A stretch of DNA of 63,759 nucleotides, counting the filler, from Chlamydiia bacterium (lineage in GTDB: Bacteria; Chlamydiota; Chlamydiia; Chlamydiales; FEN-1388): assembly GCA_903848235.1 (NCBI GenBank). It is 6 parts of 6 records of this genome, joined end to end, with 100 filler letters (N's around TTAATTAATTAA, not from the genome) between each part and the next. Parts side by side here need not be neighbours in the genome. Positions count along the whole stretch, not along the records: positions 4,132 to 28,335 come from CAINFV010000087.1; positions 28,436 to 35,537 come from CAINFV010000088.1; 4 more parts are not named here. The stretch is one strand, 5' to 3'. Below the pieces are notes generated by a model. The model was given only the letters and a program-made list of their open reading frames with translations. It had not been told where the DNA came from and did not search any database. How positions within the stretch are numbered: position 1 is the stretch's first letter; the number at the start of each line of letters is the position of its first letter. Position numbers and translations under genes: made by a program. Positions 20,372 to 28,885 of the stretch are shown here, piece by piece.

Positions 20372-21100
20372 ATGGATCCAACACAGCAGACTCATCAGAA
20401 GCCGATAGAACCTTCTCTTCACTGGCATGACCGCTTACTCCATTGGTCCGGCTGGGAGCAGATGGTTGAGTATCGACGGCAGCTTATCGGCATCACCGTA
20501 TGCCTCGTCGTGGTGATCGGGCTCATTGGCTGGTGGATAGCACGCAGAGAGTCTTCTTCTGTGACAGATGTCATCCGTGCTGAAATCGTTGTGCAGCGGC
20601 TCAGAAATGCTGGAGCATCGCCGGAAGCTCCGACAATCCCTGTCCAAACTGACCTAAAACGGCTCGAAGAGCTCAGTCCTCTTGGAACCCAGCTGTCATC
20701 ACGTTTTTCTGGAGTGATCGCAGAAGAGGAGGTCCTGCAAGATGTGATCCCTCTTTCTGAAGAGCGGGTTACCATTGCCACTGACAACCTCTTACAAGCG
20801 AACCTTCCTCTGGACGGCGCTATTGTCAAGGCAACACAGCTTACAAACGATGGGAAAGTCGATGAAGCAATGCGTATCATCGACGAGACCATTGTAAAAA
20901 GTCGTGATGATTTCCCACAGATCCATGGCTATGCTCTTCTTCAAAAAGCAACCCTTCTTCATCAGCAACAACGGTCGAACATCACCGTTATCTCTGAGCT
21001 TGAGACCTTCCTGTCATCTAATCCTGAAGTCGATAGCTCTTTTGATCACATGTTTTCAGGGAAAGTGCGCGAAATGCTTGAATTTCTGAAAGTCACCTGA
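20372..21100 (+). CDS. Single-TM hypothetical protein with helical/TPR-like C-terminus
   Basis: One TM (LIGITVCLVVVIGLIGWWI), GKVDEAMRII TPR-like helix. Confidence 0.75.
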   Translation: MDPTQQTHQKPIEPSLHWHDRLLHWSGWEQMVEYRRQLIGITVCLVVVIGLIGWWIARRESSSVTDVIRAEIVVQRLRNAGASPEAPTIPVQTDLKRLEELSPLGTQLSSRFSGVIAEEEVLQDVIPLSEERVTIATDNLLQANLPLDGAIVKATQLTNDGKVDEAMRIIDETIVKSRDDFPQIHGYALLQKATLLHQQQRSNITVISELETFLSSNPEVDSSFDHMFSGKVREMLEFLKVT

Positions 21101-21199
21101 CCTACTTTCTTTTTGCTTTTTGTTAAGGAAGCATGAAGATTTCGAAAAGTATTGCTTGATCTGATTTTAGGGAAAATGATACATCCCTTATATAGAAGC

Positions 21200-21865
21200 T
21201 CTATGTTTTGCTCCACCCCCTATACAAGGGGCTGGCAGCATGACATTCGGTTTTTTAAATACGGTACAGGCCGTATTTGCCTGATAGGGAGGTTCCTTAA
21301 AGGGAAGAGAGTGTGAAAGCTCTCAAATATATCCTGTCGACTGCTAGGCGCTTCTCACAACAGGTTAAGGAGGTGAGCGCAAGAGAGAAGGAAAAAAATC
21401 CTGAGGCTCTTTTTTTCTCCCGTTGATGCGGTAGAGAAGAGATGCACTGAAGACACTGGCGGATCGTGAACATTGAAGAACAGAAGATGAAATCGTCTTC
21501 TTCGCTGTCATAATGGCAGCAGAGAGGAAGGTATCGGAACCATGAGTGCAGATGCTTACCATGCATCTGTCTCACATAGCCCGATAGGTTATACGATGAC
21601 CGTTAGCCAACCCTCCACACTCTTATTAGAAGAGAGTGGTACCTTAGAGGGGGCAACGCCGGTACACTTTGATATGTTCGAGTCGGGAAATTACGACAGA
21701 GAACATCTTAGTTCCGGTGAAGCGGGAGGTCGATTTGGTCTAGAAACCGAAGAGTCGATCGCTTGGATTGATGGAAGGATGAGCATCTCCTTCTAGCCCC
21801 AAAAAGGGAAATGACATCAAAGACCTGCGAGAGGATCTCTCCTCTCTCAGGTCTTTGTTTTTTGC
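21200..21865 (+). ncRNA. Candidate large structured non-coding RNA (family not recognised)
   Basis: More than a dozen stems including nested multibranch domains; G-U wobbles only work on the + strand; ends in hairpin + U-tract; no credible ORF; ends approximate. Confidence 0.65.
21819..21863 (+). terminator. Intrinsic terminator
   Basis: aaagacctg-c-gagagga tctc tcctctc-t-caggtcttt followed by gtttttt. Confidence 0.75.
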
Positions 21866-21961
21866 CCGAACCTCGTCATTGTACAAAGACGAGGTTAAGA
21901 TATTGGTTGCAACGCCATCATCTCTTTTGTTACAAAGAGTTATTTCTGTTACGATCCTTAG

Positions 21962-22121
21962 ACTGGACTTTAGCATTTTTTGAGACCGATTTCGCATTCG
22001 TTGTCTCTCAGACTTCTTGCATTTATCATAAATGGCCTGCCCAGGCCGATCTATGATAAATGCAATCGTCTGAGAGACAACCCTCTGCGAACTCGGTGCC
22101 CAAAAAATGCTAAAGTCCAGT
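21962..22121. mobile_element. Palindromic MITE-like element, family B (160 bp)
   Basis: 21-bp perfect terminal IR actggactttagcattttttg / caaaaaatgctaaagtccagt, flanked by TAG direct repeats; second copy at 4132-4180. Confidence 0.85.
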
Positions 22122-22165
22122 TAGAGGATTAAGTAAATCTTTAGAACCTTACGTTATGGAAGTTC

Positions 22166-24511
22166 ATGGGCAAATCGCTCGTCATCGTTGAGTCGCCGGC
22201 CAAAATAAAATCGCTCAAGCAATTTCTTGGAGCGAATTTTATCTTCGAATCGTCGTTTGGCCATATTCGTGATCTCCCTGAAAGCTCTTTTGGCATCGAC
22301 ATTGAGCAACGATTTGAGCCGACCTACACCGCCCTTCCTGATAAGAAAGCTGTTATTGCCAAGCTCAAAAAAGCTGCCAAAGAGTGCGACACCATCTACC
22401 TCTCTCCCGACCCTGACAGAGAAGGAGAGGCCATTGCCTGGCATATCAGTCAGATTCTTGGGCCCAAAGCGAATGTAAAGCGTGTCTCTTTTAACTCCAT
22501 CACCAAAAATGCCGTTGTCGAAGCGCTAGCCCACCCCACAGAAATCGACATGGCCCTTGTCAATGCTCAGCAAGCACGCCGCCTGCTCGACCGCCTTGTT
22601 GGCTATACGCTCTCCCCTCTGATCAGCCGCAAGCTAGGGAGAAGAGGCAAAGAGTCTATCTCCGCAGGTCGTGTTCAGTCTGTGGCCCTCAAGCTCGTCG
22701 TCGATCGCGAAAAAGCCATCGAAGCTTTCATCCCCTGTGAATATTGGAACATCACCGCTCTAGTGAAGACAGAGCGGCAAGCGCCGACATTTTCTGCCTC
22801 GCTCTTTAGCATTGATGGGAAAAGAGTCGAAAAAGAGCCCAAAGAGGATGCTGCTACCATTTCCAATGAGCAGACATCAGCGGAAGTCAAGCGCGCTCTT
22901 GAAAGCTCATCTCCCTATACTGTCACTCGTGTCGATAAGAAAGAGCGTCGCCGCATGCCGGAGGCTCCCTTCATCACATCGACGCTTCAGCAAGAGGCAA
23001 GCCGCCACTTTCACTACTCTCCAACGCGCACCATGCAGATCGCGCAGACCCTTTATGAAGGCGTAGACTTAGAATCCGGCTCTGAAGGTCTTATCACCTA
23101 CATGCGTACAGACTCTGTACGCACTGCTCCTGAAGCTCTAGCCGAGGTGCGCGAATACATCTCCTCGCAGCTAGGGCCCCACCTGCTTCCTGACGAGCCA
23201 CGTCGGTTTAGCGTCAAGAAAAGCGCACAGGATGCTCACGAAGCCATTCGCCCGACTCATATCAGCCGCACACCAGACTCTGTAAAAGCCTTTCTGACAC
23301 GTGATCAGCACCTCCTCTACTCCCTGATCTGGAAGCGCTTTGTCGCCTCGCAGATGGCACATGCACTCTATGACACTGTCAGCTGCGATATCAAAGCTGA
23401 TGACCACTATCTCCTCCGTGCCACTGGCTCTCAGCTCAAAGAGCCTGGCTTTCTCTCCCTCTACGAAGAGAAGGTTGACGAAGACTCTGAAAAAGACGAA
23501 CATCGGCTCATCCCCGAGCTGACCGTCGGCCAGCAGCTGCTCCTCGACACTGTCACCGCAGACCAAGCTTTCACCCGCCCCCCACCACGCTTTACAGAAG
23601 CAACGCTAATCAAAGAGCTTGAGAAGTCCGGCATCGGCCGTCCATCGACCTATGCCTCTATCATGAAGAAAATCTCTGCTCGCGACTACACCACCAAAGA
23701 GCAGGGGCGCCTGAAACCCTCGGAGCTAGGTCGTGTTGTCACTGAGATGTTAGAGACGAGCTTCCCTGATCTGATGAGCATTGGCTTTACAGCTCTTATG
23801 GAAGACTCCCTCGAAGAGGTCGCCGAAAACCACAAAGAGTGGCGTGATGTCCTTGCCACCTTCTGGGAAAAGTTTTCAAAGACCCTTGAGACTGCCAAAG
23901 AGCAAGCGCGGCCGCAGAAGCTGATGACAGAGCTCCCCTGCCCTCTATGCCAATCTCCTTTGCAGAAAGTCTGGTTTCATACGAAGTATTTCCTCGGCTG
24001 TTCTCGCTATCCAGAATGTACCTATTCTACGTCTATCGAAGAGTCACAGTTTGACAAGACCGAATATCGAGAAGACTTTGACTGGGACCAGTCCTGCCCG
24101 AACTGCACATCGCCGATGAAGGTGAGGTTTGGGAAATATGGTGCGTTCCTTGGCTGTACGACCTATCCGAAATGCCGTGGCGTCGTCCGCATCCCCAAAA
24201 AAGGGGAAGAGCCGGCTTCCCACCACCCATGTCCTGCCATAGGGTGTGATGGCTCATTAGTCCAACGCCGCTCACGCTTTGGCAAGATCTTCTGGTCATG
24301 CAGCAATTTTCCGAACTGCAATGTAGCAGGAGCCTCTTTAGAACTTGTCGATGAGAAGTTCCAAGATCACCCGAAGACAGCGTATGTCTCAAAGAAAAAG
24401 GTGAAGGGAGACGAGAAGCCCAAAAAGGCAACGGCTACAAAGAAGAAAGCGACAAAGCGGCGAGTAACAAAGAAGAAAGCCGCTCCTAAAGAAGAAAAAG
24501 AAGAAGGGTAG
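22166..24511 (+). CDS. topA: DNA topoisomerase I
   Basis: IVESPAK, DPDREGEAI, SAGRVQS, LITYMRTDS, GIGRPSTY, three C4 zinc ribbons, Lys-rich tail. Confidence 0.98.
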   Translation: MGKSLVIVESPAKIKSLKQFLGANFIFESSFGHIRDLPESSFGIDIEQRFEPTYTALPDKKAVIAKLKKAAKECDTIYLSPDPDREGEAIAWHISQILGPKANVKRVSFNSITKNAVVEALAHPTEIDMALVNAQQARRLLDRLVGYTLSPLISRKLGRRGKESISAGRVQSVALKLVVDREKAIEAFIPCEYWNITALVKTERQAPTFSASLFSIDGKRVEKEPKEDAATISNEQTSAEVKRALESSSPYTVTRVDKKERRRMPEAPFITSTLQQEASRHFHYSPTRTMQIAQTLYEGVDLESGSEGLITYMRTDSVRTAPEALAEVREYISSQLGPHLLPDEPRRFSVKKSAQDAHEAIRPTHISRTPDSVKAFLTRDQHLLYSLIWKRFVASQMAHALYDTVSCDIKADDHYLLRATGSQLKEPGFLSLYEEKVDEDSEKDEHRLIPELTVGQQLLLDTVTADQAFTRPPPRFTEATLIKELEKSGIGRPSTYASIMKKISARDYTTKEQGRLKPSELGRVVTEMLETSFPDLMSIGFTALMEDSLEEVAENHKEWRDVLATFWEKFSKTLETAKEQARPQKLMTELPCPLCQSPLQKVWFHTKYFLGCSRYPECTYSTSIEESQFDKTEYREDFDWDQSCPNCTSPMKVRFGKYGAFLGCTTYPKCRGVVRIPKKGEEPASHHPCPAIGCDGSLVQRRSRFGKIFWSCSNFPNCNVAGASLELVDEKFQDHPKTAYVSKKKVKGDEKPKKATATKKKATKRRVTKKKAAPKEEKEEG

Positions 24512-24531
24512 AGCAACTGCTTACCGCCACC

Positions 24532-25518
24532 CTAAGCAGGCTTTCGTATTGCGTCAACGAACATGACAATCTCGCTTCGATCTTCTGTTCGAGGCAGAGG
24601 CTTTCCAGCATTGCTCGCTTGCCACTGCCTCTCCATCTGCCGACATTGGGCTCGATATTCGAGCACTTTGGCGAAGTCGATGAGCTCAACTTCATCGGCC
24701 GCCAGCAATTTTAAACGATCAAACTGCGTCCGAAGCGACTTAGGCAATGATGCAAGATGACCAGTGATCGTATCTGACAGATCGGCTAAAAAAAGATGTA
24801 TCATTTCAAAGCCTGGCTGTTGATCCCCGCCAGGCATCCTCTCTAATCGCAACTGCCGCACGGCCTCTTTCACAGCAGGCCTCAGACGGATCAGGTGTTC
24901 AGCGAAAAACTTCTTTTCTATCTTCTCTTTGAGCTCATGAAAGGCATTGTCACTACACCGTTCTTTTGCATAGTTCAGCTCTGTAAAAAGCGTGAATATC
25001 ATGAATTTGAAAATTGAATTTCCATCTTCTACTTTTGGGAGAGGAATCTCCAAAGCTGTAAGATAGGCTAGCAACTCCGGAGAATGCGTGATCTTCCAAT
25101 ACAGTATTGTATATTGTAACTTTTCCCTCTCAGAGATCGAAAATTTATATATAACACTAACTATTCTCGAAATATCTTCAGGCAGAAAGAACTCTTTTTC
25201 TCTTTCATGACGCAGCATGATGCCAAGCGCACACAGCACGCTACGATTGGCAACAAGGTACTTCGTGGCACTGCGGACGCTGACTTTGAAGCAAAGAGGG
25301 CTAGGCGTTTTCAACAGGCGCTGTGGAGTAGGGGCAATTTCTACATATACCTGTCCGAACCCAAAAAAATTCAATATCCGGTTACAAGCCCCTTCAATCT
25401 TTCTGTCTGTTGGCCGTAGCACAACCGCATCGATGCCAAGCTCTCCATCGCGACCATCTCTGATATCAAATTCCTGGAACATGCGAACCGACTTCACCGG
25501 ATCTCGTACCATACCCAC
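24532..25518 (-). CDS. Hypothetical protein
   Basis: 328-aa ORF with a GGAG RBS-like sequence near its start; no motif recognised. Confidence 0.65.
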   Translation of the reverse strand: MGMVRDPVKSVRMFQEFDIRDGRDGELGIDAVVLRPTDRKIEGACNRILNFFGFGQVYVEIAPTPQRLLKTPSPLCFKVSVRSATKYLVANRSVLCALGIMLRHEREKEFFLPEDISRIVSVIYKFSISEREKLQYTILYWKITHSPELLAYLTALEIPLPKVEDGNSIFKFMIFTLFTELNYAKERCSDNAFHELKEKIEKKFFAEHLIRLRPAVKEAVRQLRLERMPGGDQQPGFEMIHLFLADLSDTITGHLASLPKSLRTQFDRLKLLAADEVELIDFAKVLEYRAQCRQMERQWQASNAGKPLPRTEDRSEIVMFVDAIRKPA

Positions 25519-25684
25519 TCCTTACTCCATAGTCTCTCATGGGCATATCCTGTAACGAAGGCCACCTCTTTTGTCCAGCCCAAAAGAAAAGCAGCTCCAC
25601 TGTTTTTCGACACCACGAGCCAGAAGAACGTGAATGACAGGATCGCCGAAAGACAGCCGGGCGCAAAACTGTTACAAAAGAACG

Positions 25685-26791
25685 TTATGCCCAGTCAACC
25701 GCAATACCGCGCGCTTGAAGAGCAGAAATCACAGGATCATCCTGTTTGAGCTTCGAACATCCGTGGACGGCAAGCGTTTGCAACGTCGGAATAGCCGTGA
25801 TACATTCAGAAAGACTCTCAAGGCCTTCGCAGCGCTCAATCCAGAATTTTTTCAACGCAAGACGAGCTATTTCCGAAGGAAGACTTGTGAGAGATGAGGA
25901 ATCGATACACAAAAATTTAATACCGCTCAAAGAGCCAATCCCGGTTGGAAGGAAAGCTGCCTTTTCTACTCGGAGAGCATGCATGTGATCGCCCAGCAGA
26001 CGAATGACTTCTAGGGGAGGAAGCGCCAATATGCGCATAGATACTGAAGGAGCTTCTATTGCTACTGGATCCCCGCCGCGAACTACCAGCACAGGCATCA
26101 CGCGTACTATTCGCCGGCTTCTGAGGTGATCAACAAGCTCATGAACATTCCTCGTTTGGACAGCAAGCGCGTCACCCTGAATGCAGCTTAAGGAAGGCAT
26201 CAACTTCGAGCCAATGGTGGTCGCGGCCAAAGAAACAATTGCTGGATACAACTTCACCAACCACTCCGGAGGTCGGATAAAAAAAGGCTTAGGCGGTTCC
26301 GGCGTCAAGCAATCGCGACCATAGAAATATTCAGCTAGCTCCTGACTGTTCTCCAGAAGCCGTCTCTTCAAAAACTCTCGTAGCTCCCCAGGCTGCACAA
26401 GAAGATTCAGCTGGTTATCCAAGAGAAGGTCCAGCTCTTTACAAGCTGCCGGCCCCTCCTTTCGAGCTAAAGACTTCACATCAACATGAAAACGGCGCAG
26501 CATATCTAAACAGATTGGATGTACGGGGATCCCCCATCGTTTCGCAACAATTGGGGCAGAAATCTCATCATTCACCAACTGCTCGGCAACAGCTTCATGA
26601 GCTAACACCCTCATTGTGCGACAGACTCTAGCAGCCTCAAGCGGGTTATCAAGCATCGCAAGAATCGAGACAGCAATGGTCCGAGGAAGGACATCTAACT
26701 CTCCAACAGAGTATGATTCTGGCATACGAATTGCTGATTGCTGGAACTGACTAACCCCGTTTAATTGACTTGTCATCACCTCCATCTCCAT
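25685..26791 (-). CDS. F-box-like + leucine-rich-repeat protein (candidate effector)
   Basis: LDVLPRTIAVSILAML...ARVCRTMRVLA; LRRs LPTGIGSLSGIKFLCI, LTSLPSEIARLALKKFWI, LQTLAVHGCSKL. Confidence 0.75.
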   Translation of the reverse strand: MEMEVMTSQLNGVSQFQQSAIRMPESYSVGELDVLPRTIAVSILAMLDNPLEAARVCRTMRVLAHEAVAEQLVNDEISAPIVAKRWGIPVHPICLDMLRRFHVDVKSLARKEGPAACKELDLLLDNQLNLLVQPGELREFLKRRLLENSQELAEYFYGRDCLTPEPPKPFFIRPPEWLVKLYPAIVSLAATTIGSKLMPSLSCIQGDALAVQTRNVHELVDHLRSRRIVRVMPVLVVRGGDPVAIEAPSVSMRILALPPLEVIRLLGDHMHALRVEKAAFLPTGIGSLSGIKFLCIDSSSLTSLPSEIARLALKKFWIERCEGLESLSECITAIPTLQTLAVHGCSKLKQDDPVISALQARGIAVDWA

Positions 26792-26859
26792 ATTTAAAGC
26801 CGATAATTAAATTAATTTTATAGTAATTACACATAGAAATCAAGCGGGAGATTTTTTAA

Positions 26860-28335
26860 TGTAGCTCCCATTTAGACATTTCCGCTTTTCTCCAAATTAG
26901 ACTTTTCCTATTGTTCTAGAAAATATTCTTAAAAATGAAGACTTCCGCTTGAGTGTGGCTACCTCTCATAAAAACACTCAAACGGAGATAAGGTCATGGA
27001 TGAGGTGCTGGAAATGTCTACTAAAGAGCTTGAACGCTACGACGTTCTAAACGGAGTTAGAAGGCGGGCCTTGACTCAGGTCAAGGCAGCTGAGCTATTG
27101 GGTATCACAGACCGTCAGGTCAGAAACTTGCTTACCCTCATCGAGAGCAAGGGGCCTCAGGGGTTGGTTTCTAGGAAGCGAGGGCGTCCAAGCAATCGGA
27201 AAAAGCCCGAAGCCTTCAAACACCAGATCCTCTCAATTGTTCGAGAGAAGTATGAGGATTTTGGTCCGTCGTTTGCCAGGGAAAAGTTGGCAGAGGTGCA
27301 CAACCTGAACGTTTCCACTGAGACTCTCAGAAAGTGGATGACAGAAGTTCACATTTGGGTTCCTGGACAGCGGAAGATCAAAACACACCCTCTTAGAAAG
27401 AGGCGAGCGTGCTTCGGCGAAATGATTCAAGTCGATGGATCTCATGAGTATTGGTTTGAAGACAGAGGAGAATGGTGCGTGCTGATCGTATTTGTAGATG
27501 ATGCGACGGGGAAAATCACAAGCCTTTATTTCAGCAAAGGAGAAAGCCTTGATGCTTATTTCAAGGCTATGGAAAAACACCTTAAGCGCTACGGAAAGCC
27601 TATGAGTATCTACAGCGATCGCTTCTCGGTGTTTGACTCTCCAGTGGAGGGTAATCTAACTCAGTTCAAAAGAGCTCTAGAAACGCTTGGAATCAAGTCT
27701 ATTTTGGCAAACTCCCCACAAGCCAAGGGAAGGGTCGAGAGAATAAACAGAACGCTCCAAGACCGACTCATTAAAGAAATGAGGCTTCGAGGAATTAGTA
27801 CTCTTGAAGCAGCCAACGAGTATGCAGACGAGTTCATGGAGGTATTCAACCAGACCTTTTCTAAAGAGCCAGCTAGCCAGTTCAATGCACACCAGCTCCT
27901 AGAAAAAGGGGTAGATCTCTCACGTGTCTTAAGTCGATACGAAGAGAGGATCTTAACCAAGGACGCTATGTTTCAATTTCATAACAAATTTTACAAAATT
28001 GTGGAAGCCCCTGAAAACACAATGCTTCGAGGGAAGAAAATCGAAATAAGGGTTGGAAAGGAAACAGTGCGCGTGTTCCTAGGGGATAAGGAGCTGAAGG
28101 CGGTTCCACTAGATGCGGTTAGAGAAAAAACGCTCGTTTTGCAAGCCTCGTCTAAACTCCAATGGAGAGAGAGGTTTTTCAGGAAACCGTCCGCTGCGCA
28201 TCCATGGAGAAAATTTGTCTACGGCCGTAGGTATGACGAACTATTAAAAAAAGCTGTATAATGGGGAAAGAAGAATGAGGTGGACTAGGAAAGCTCTAAG
28301 TTGCACAAACCGGAAAAGTCTAAATTGCCCCAACA
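26860..28335 (+). mobile_element. Insertion sequence, IS1202/ISNCY-type
   Basis: TGT...ACA termini; repeated ttagac(a/t)tttcc-like boxes at both ends in inverted orientation; single transposase; contig breaks exactly at the right end. Confidence 0.88.
26996..28261 (+). CDS. DDE transposase (integrase core, ISNCY/IS1202-like)
   Basis: N-terminal HTH, GEMIQVDGS.E.WFE, VDDATG, YSDRFS, SPQAKGRVERINRTLQDRL, C-terminal HPWR. Confidence 0.93.
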   Translation: MDEVLEMSTKELERYDVLNGVRRRALTQVKAAELLGITDRQVRNLLTLIESKGPQGLVSRKRGRPSNRKKPEAFKHQILSIVREKYEDFGPSFAREKLAEVHNLNVSTETLRKWMTEVHIWVPGQRKIKTHPLRKRRACFGEMIQVDGSHEYWFEDRGEWCVLIVFVDDATGKITSLYFSKGESLDAYFKAMEKHLKRYGKPMSIYSDRFSVFDSPVEGNLTQFKRALETLGIKSILANSPQAKGRVERINRTLQDRLIKEMRLRGISTLEAANEYADEFMEVFNQTFSKEPASQFNAHQLLEKGVDLSRVLSRYEERILTKDAMFQFHNKFYKIVEAPENTMLRGKKIEIRVGKETVRVFLGDKELKAVPLDAVREKTLVLQASSKLQWRERFFRKPSAAHPWRKFVYGRRYDELLKKAV

Positions 28336-28435
28336 NNNNNNNNNNNNNNNNNNNNNNNNNNNNNNNNNNNNNNNNNNNNTTAATTAATTAANNNNNNNNN
28401 NNNNNNNNNNNNNNNNNNNNNNNNNNNNNNNNNNN

Positions 28436-28569
28436 TGAGACGCCTCCACGCGAATCGACAGCAGAGCTGCTAGGCTGTCGTATCTAGACAACCGTTCACA
28501 ATGGCCTGAAAGGGCTATATGTCCACAATTGTCCAGATTTTTAGAAGCGGTAGTGCCACTAGCAGCCAT
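28436..28569 (-). CDS. 5' fragment of hypothetical protein (runs off the contig)
   Basis: ATG preceded by aggag RBS; open to the contig edge. Confidence 0.45.
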
Positions 28570-28824
28570 TTTGTTCTCCTACAGCTTGATACGATCCTAC
28601 ACACTTCTTAACAGTGGTAAAAATTTATGACAATAATAATACTTTACGTCGTGAAACGAAGATGAAAATGGCCTGCTCACACTGCATTTTCAGTTGAGAA
28701 GTCTGGCTGACTCAGCTCTATTGTAAAGCAGAGAGGCTACACAGCGGCGTCAGGAATTTCGGTCTCTTCCCGTTGAGCCACTTCTCGGCGATGAGGGGAG
28801 TCGAAAAGACAACAAAAAATTCCA

Positions 28825-28853
28825 ATTCCTGGTGATGAAAAGTCACCAGGAAT
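28825..28853 (-). terminator. Probable terminator hairpin
   Basis: attcctggtga/tcaccaggaat 11-bp stem just downstream of the 28886 gene. Confidence 0.5.
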
Positions 28854-28885
28854 CATCCTAAACTTGTTGGCACGTATTGTGGTTT

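Noticed and set aside
21152..21185. Possible sigma66 promoter for the candidate RNA (TTGCTT/TTGATC ... AATGAT)
   Set aside because: Match to consensus too weak to call without TSS data
21211..21250. ctccacc...ggggctg resembling (permuted) tmRNA ends
   Set aside because: No T-arm GTTCGA/CCA or GATTCGAC context; the two motifs simply pair with each other in one hairpin
21522..21541. gagaggaaggtatcgg resembling RNase P RNA GAGGAAAGTCC
   Set aside because: Poor match, and the other universal P4 elements are not found
21297..21997. Short ORFs in the structured intergenic region (21542-21796 +, 21297-21575 -, 21740-21997 -)
   Set aside because: Short, overlapping on both strands, no motifs or good RBS; better explained by RNA structure, though a small peptide cannot be excluded
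26795..26859. AT-rich flank as a dif/xrs site targeted by IS1202-type elements
   Set aside because: No convincing XerC/XerD arm pattern by eye
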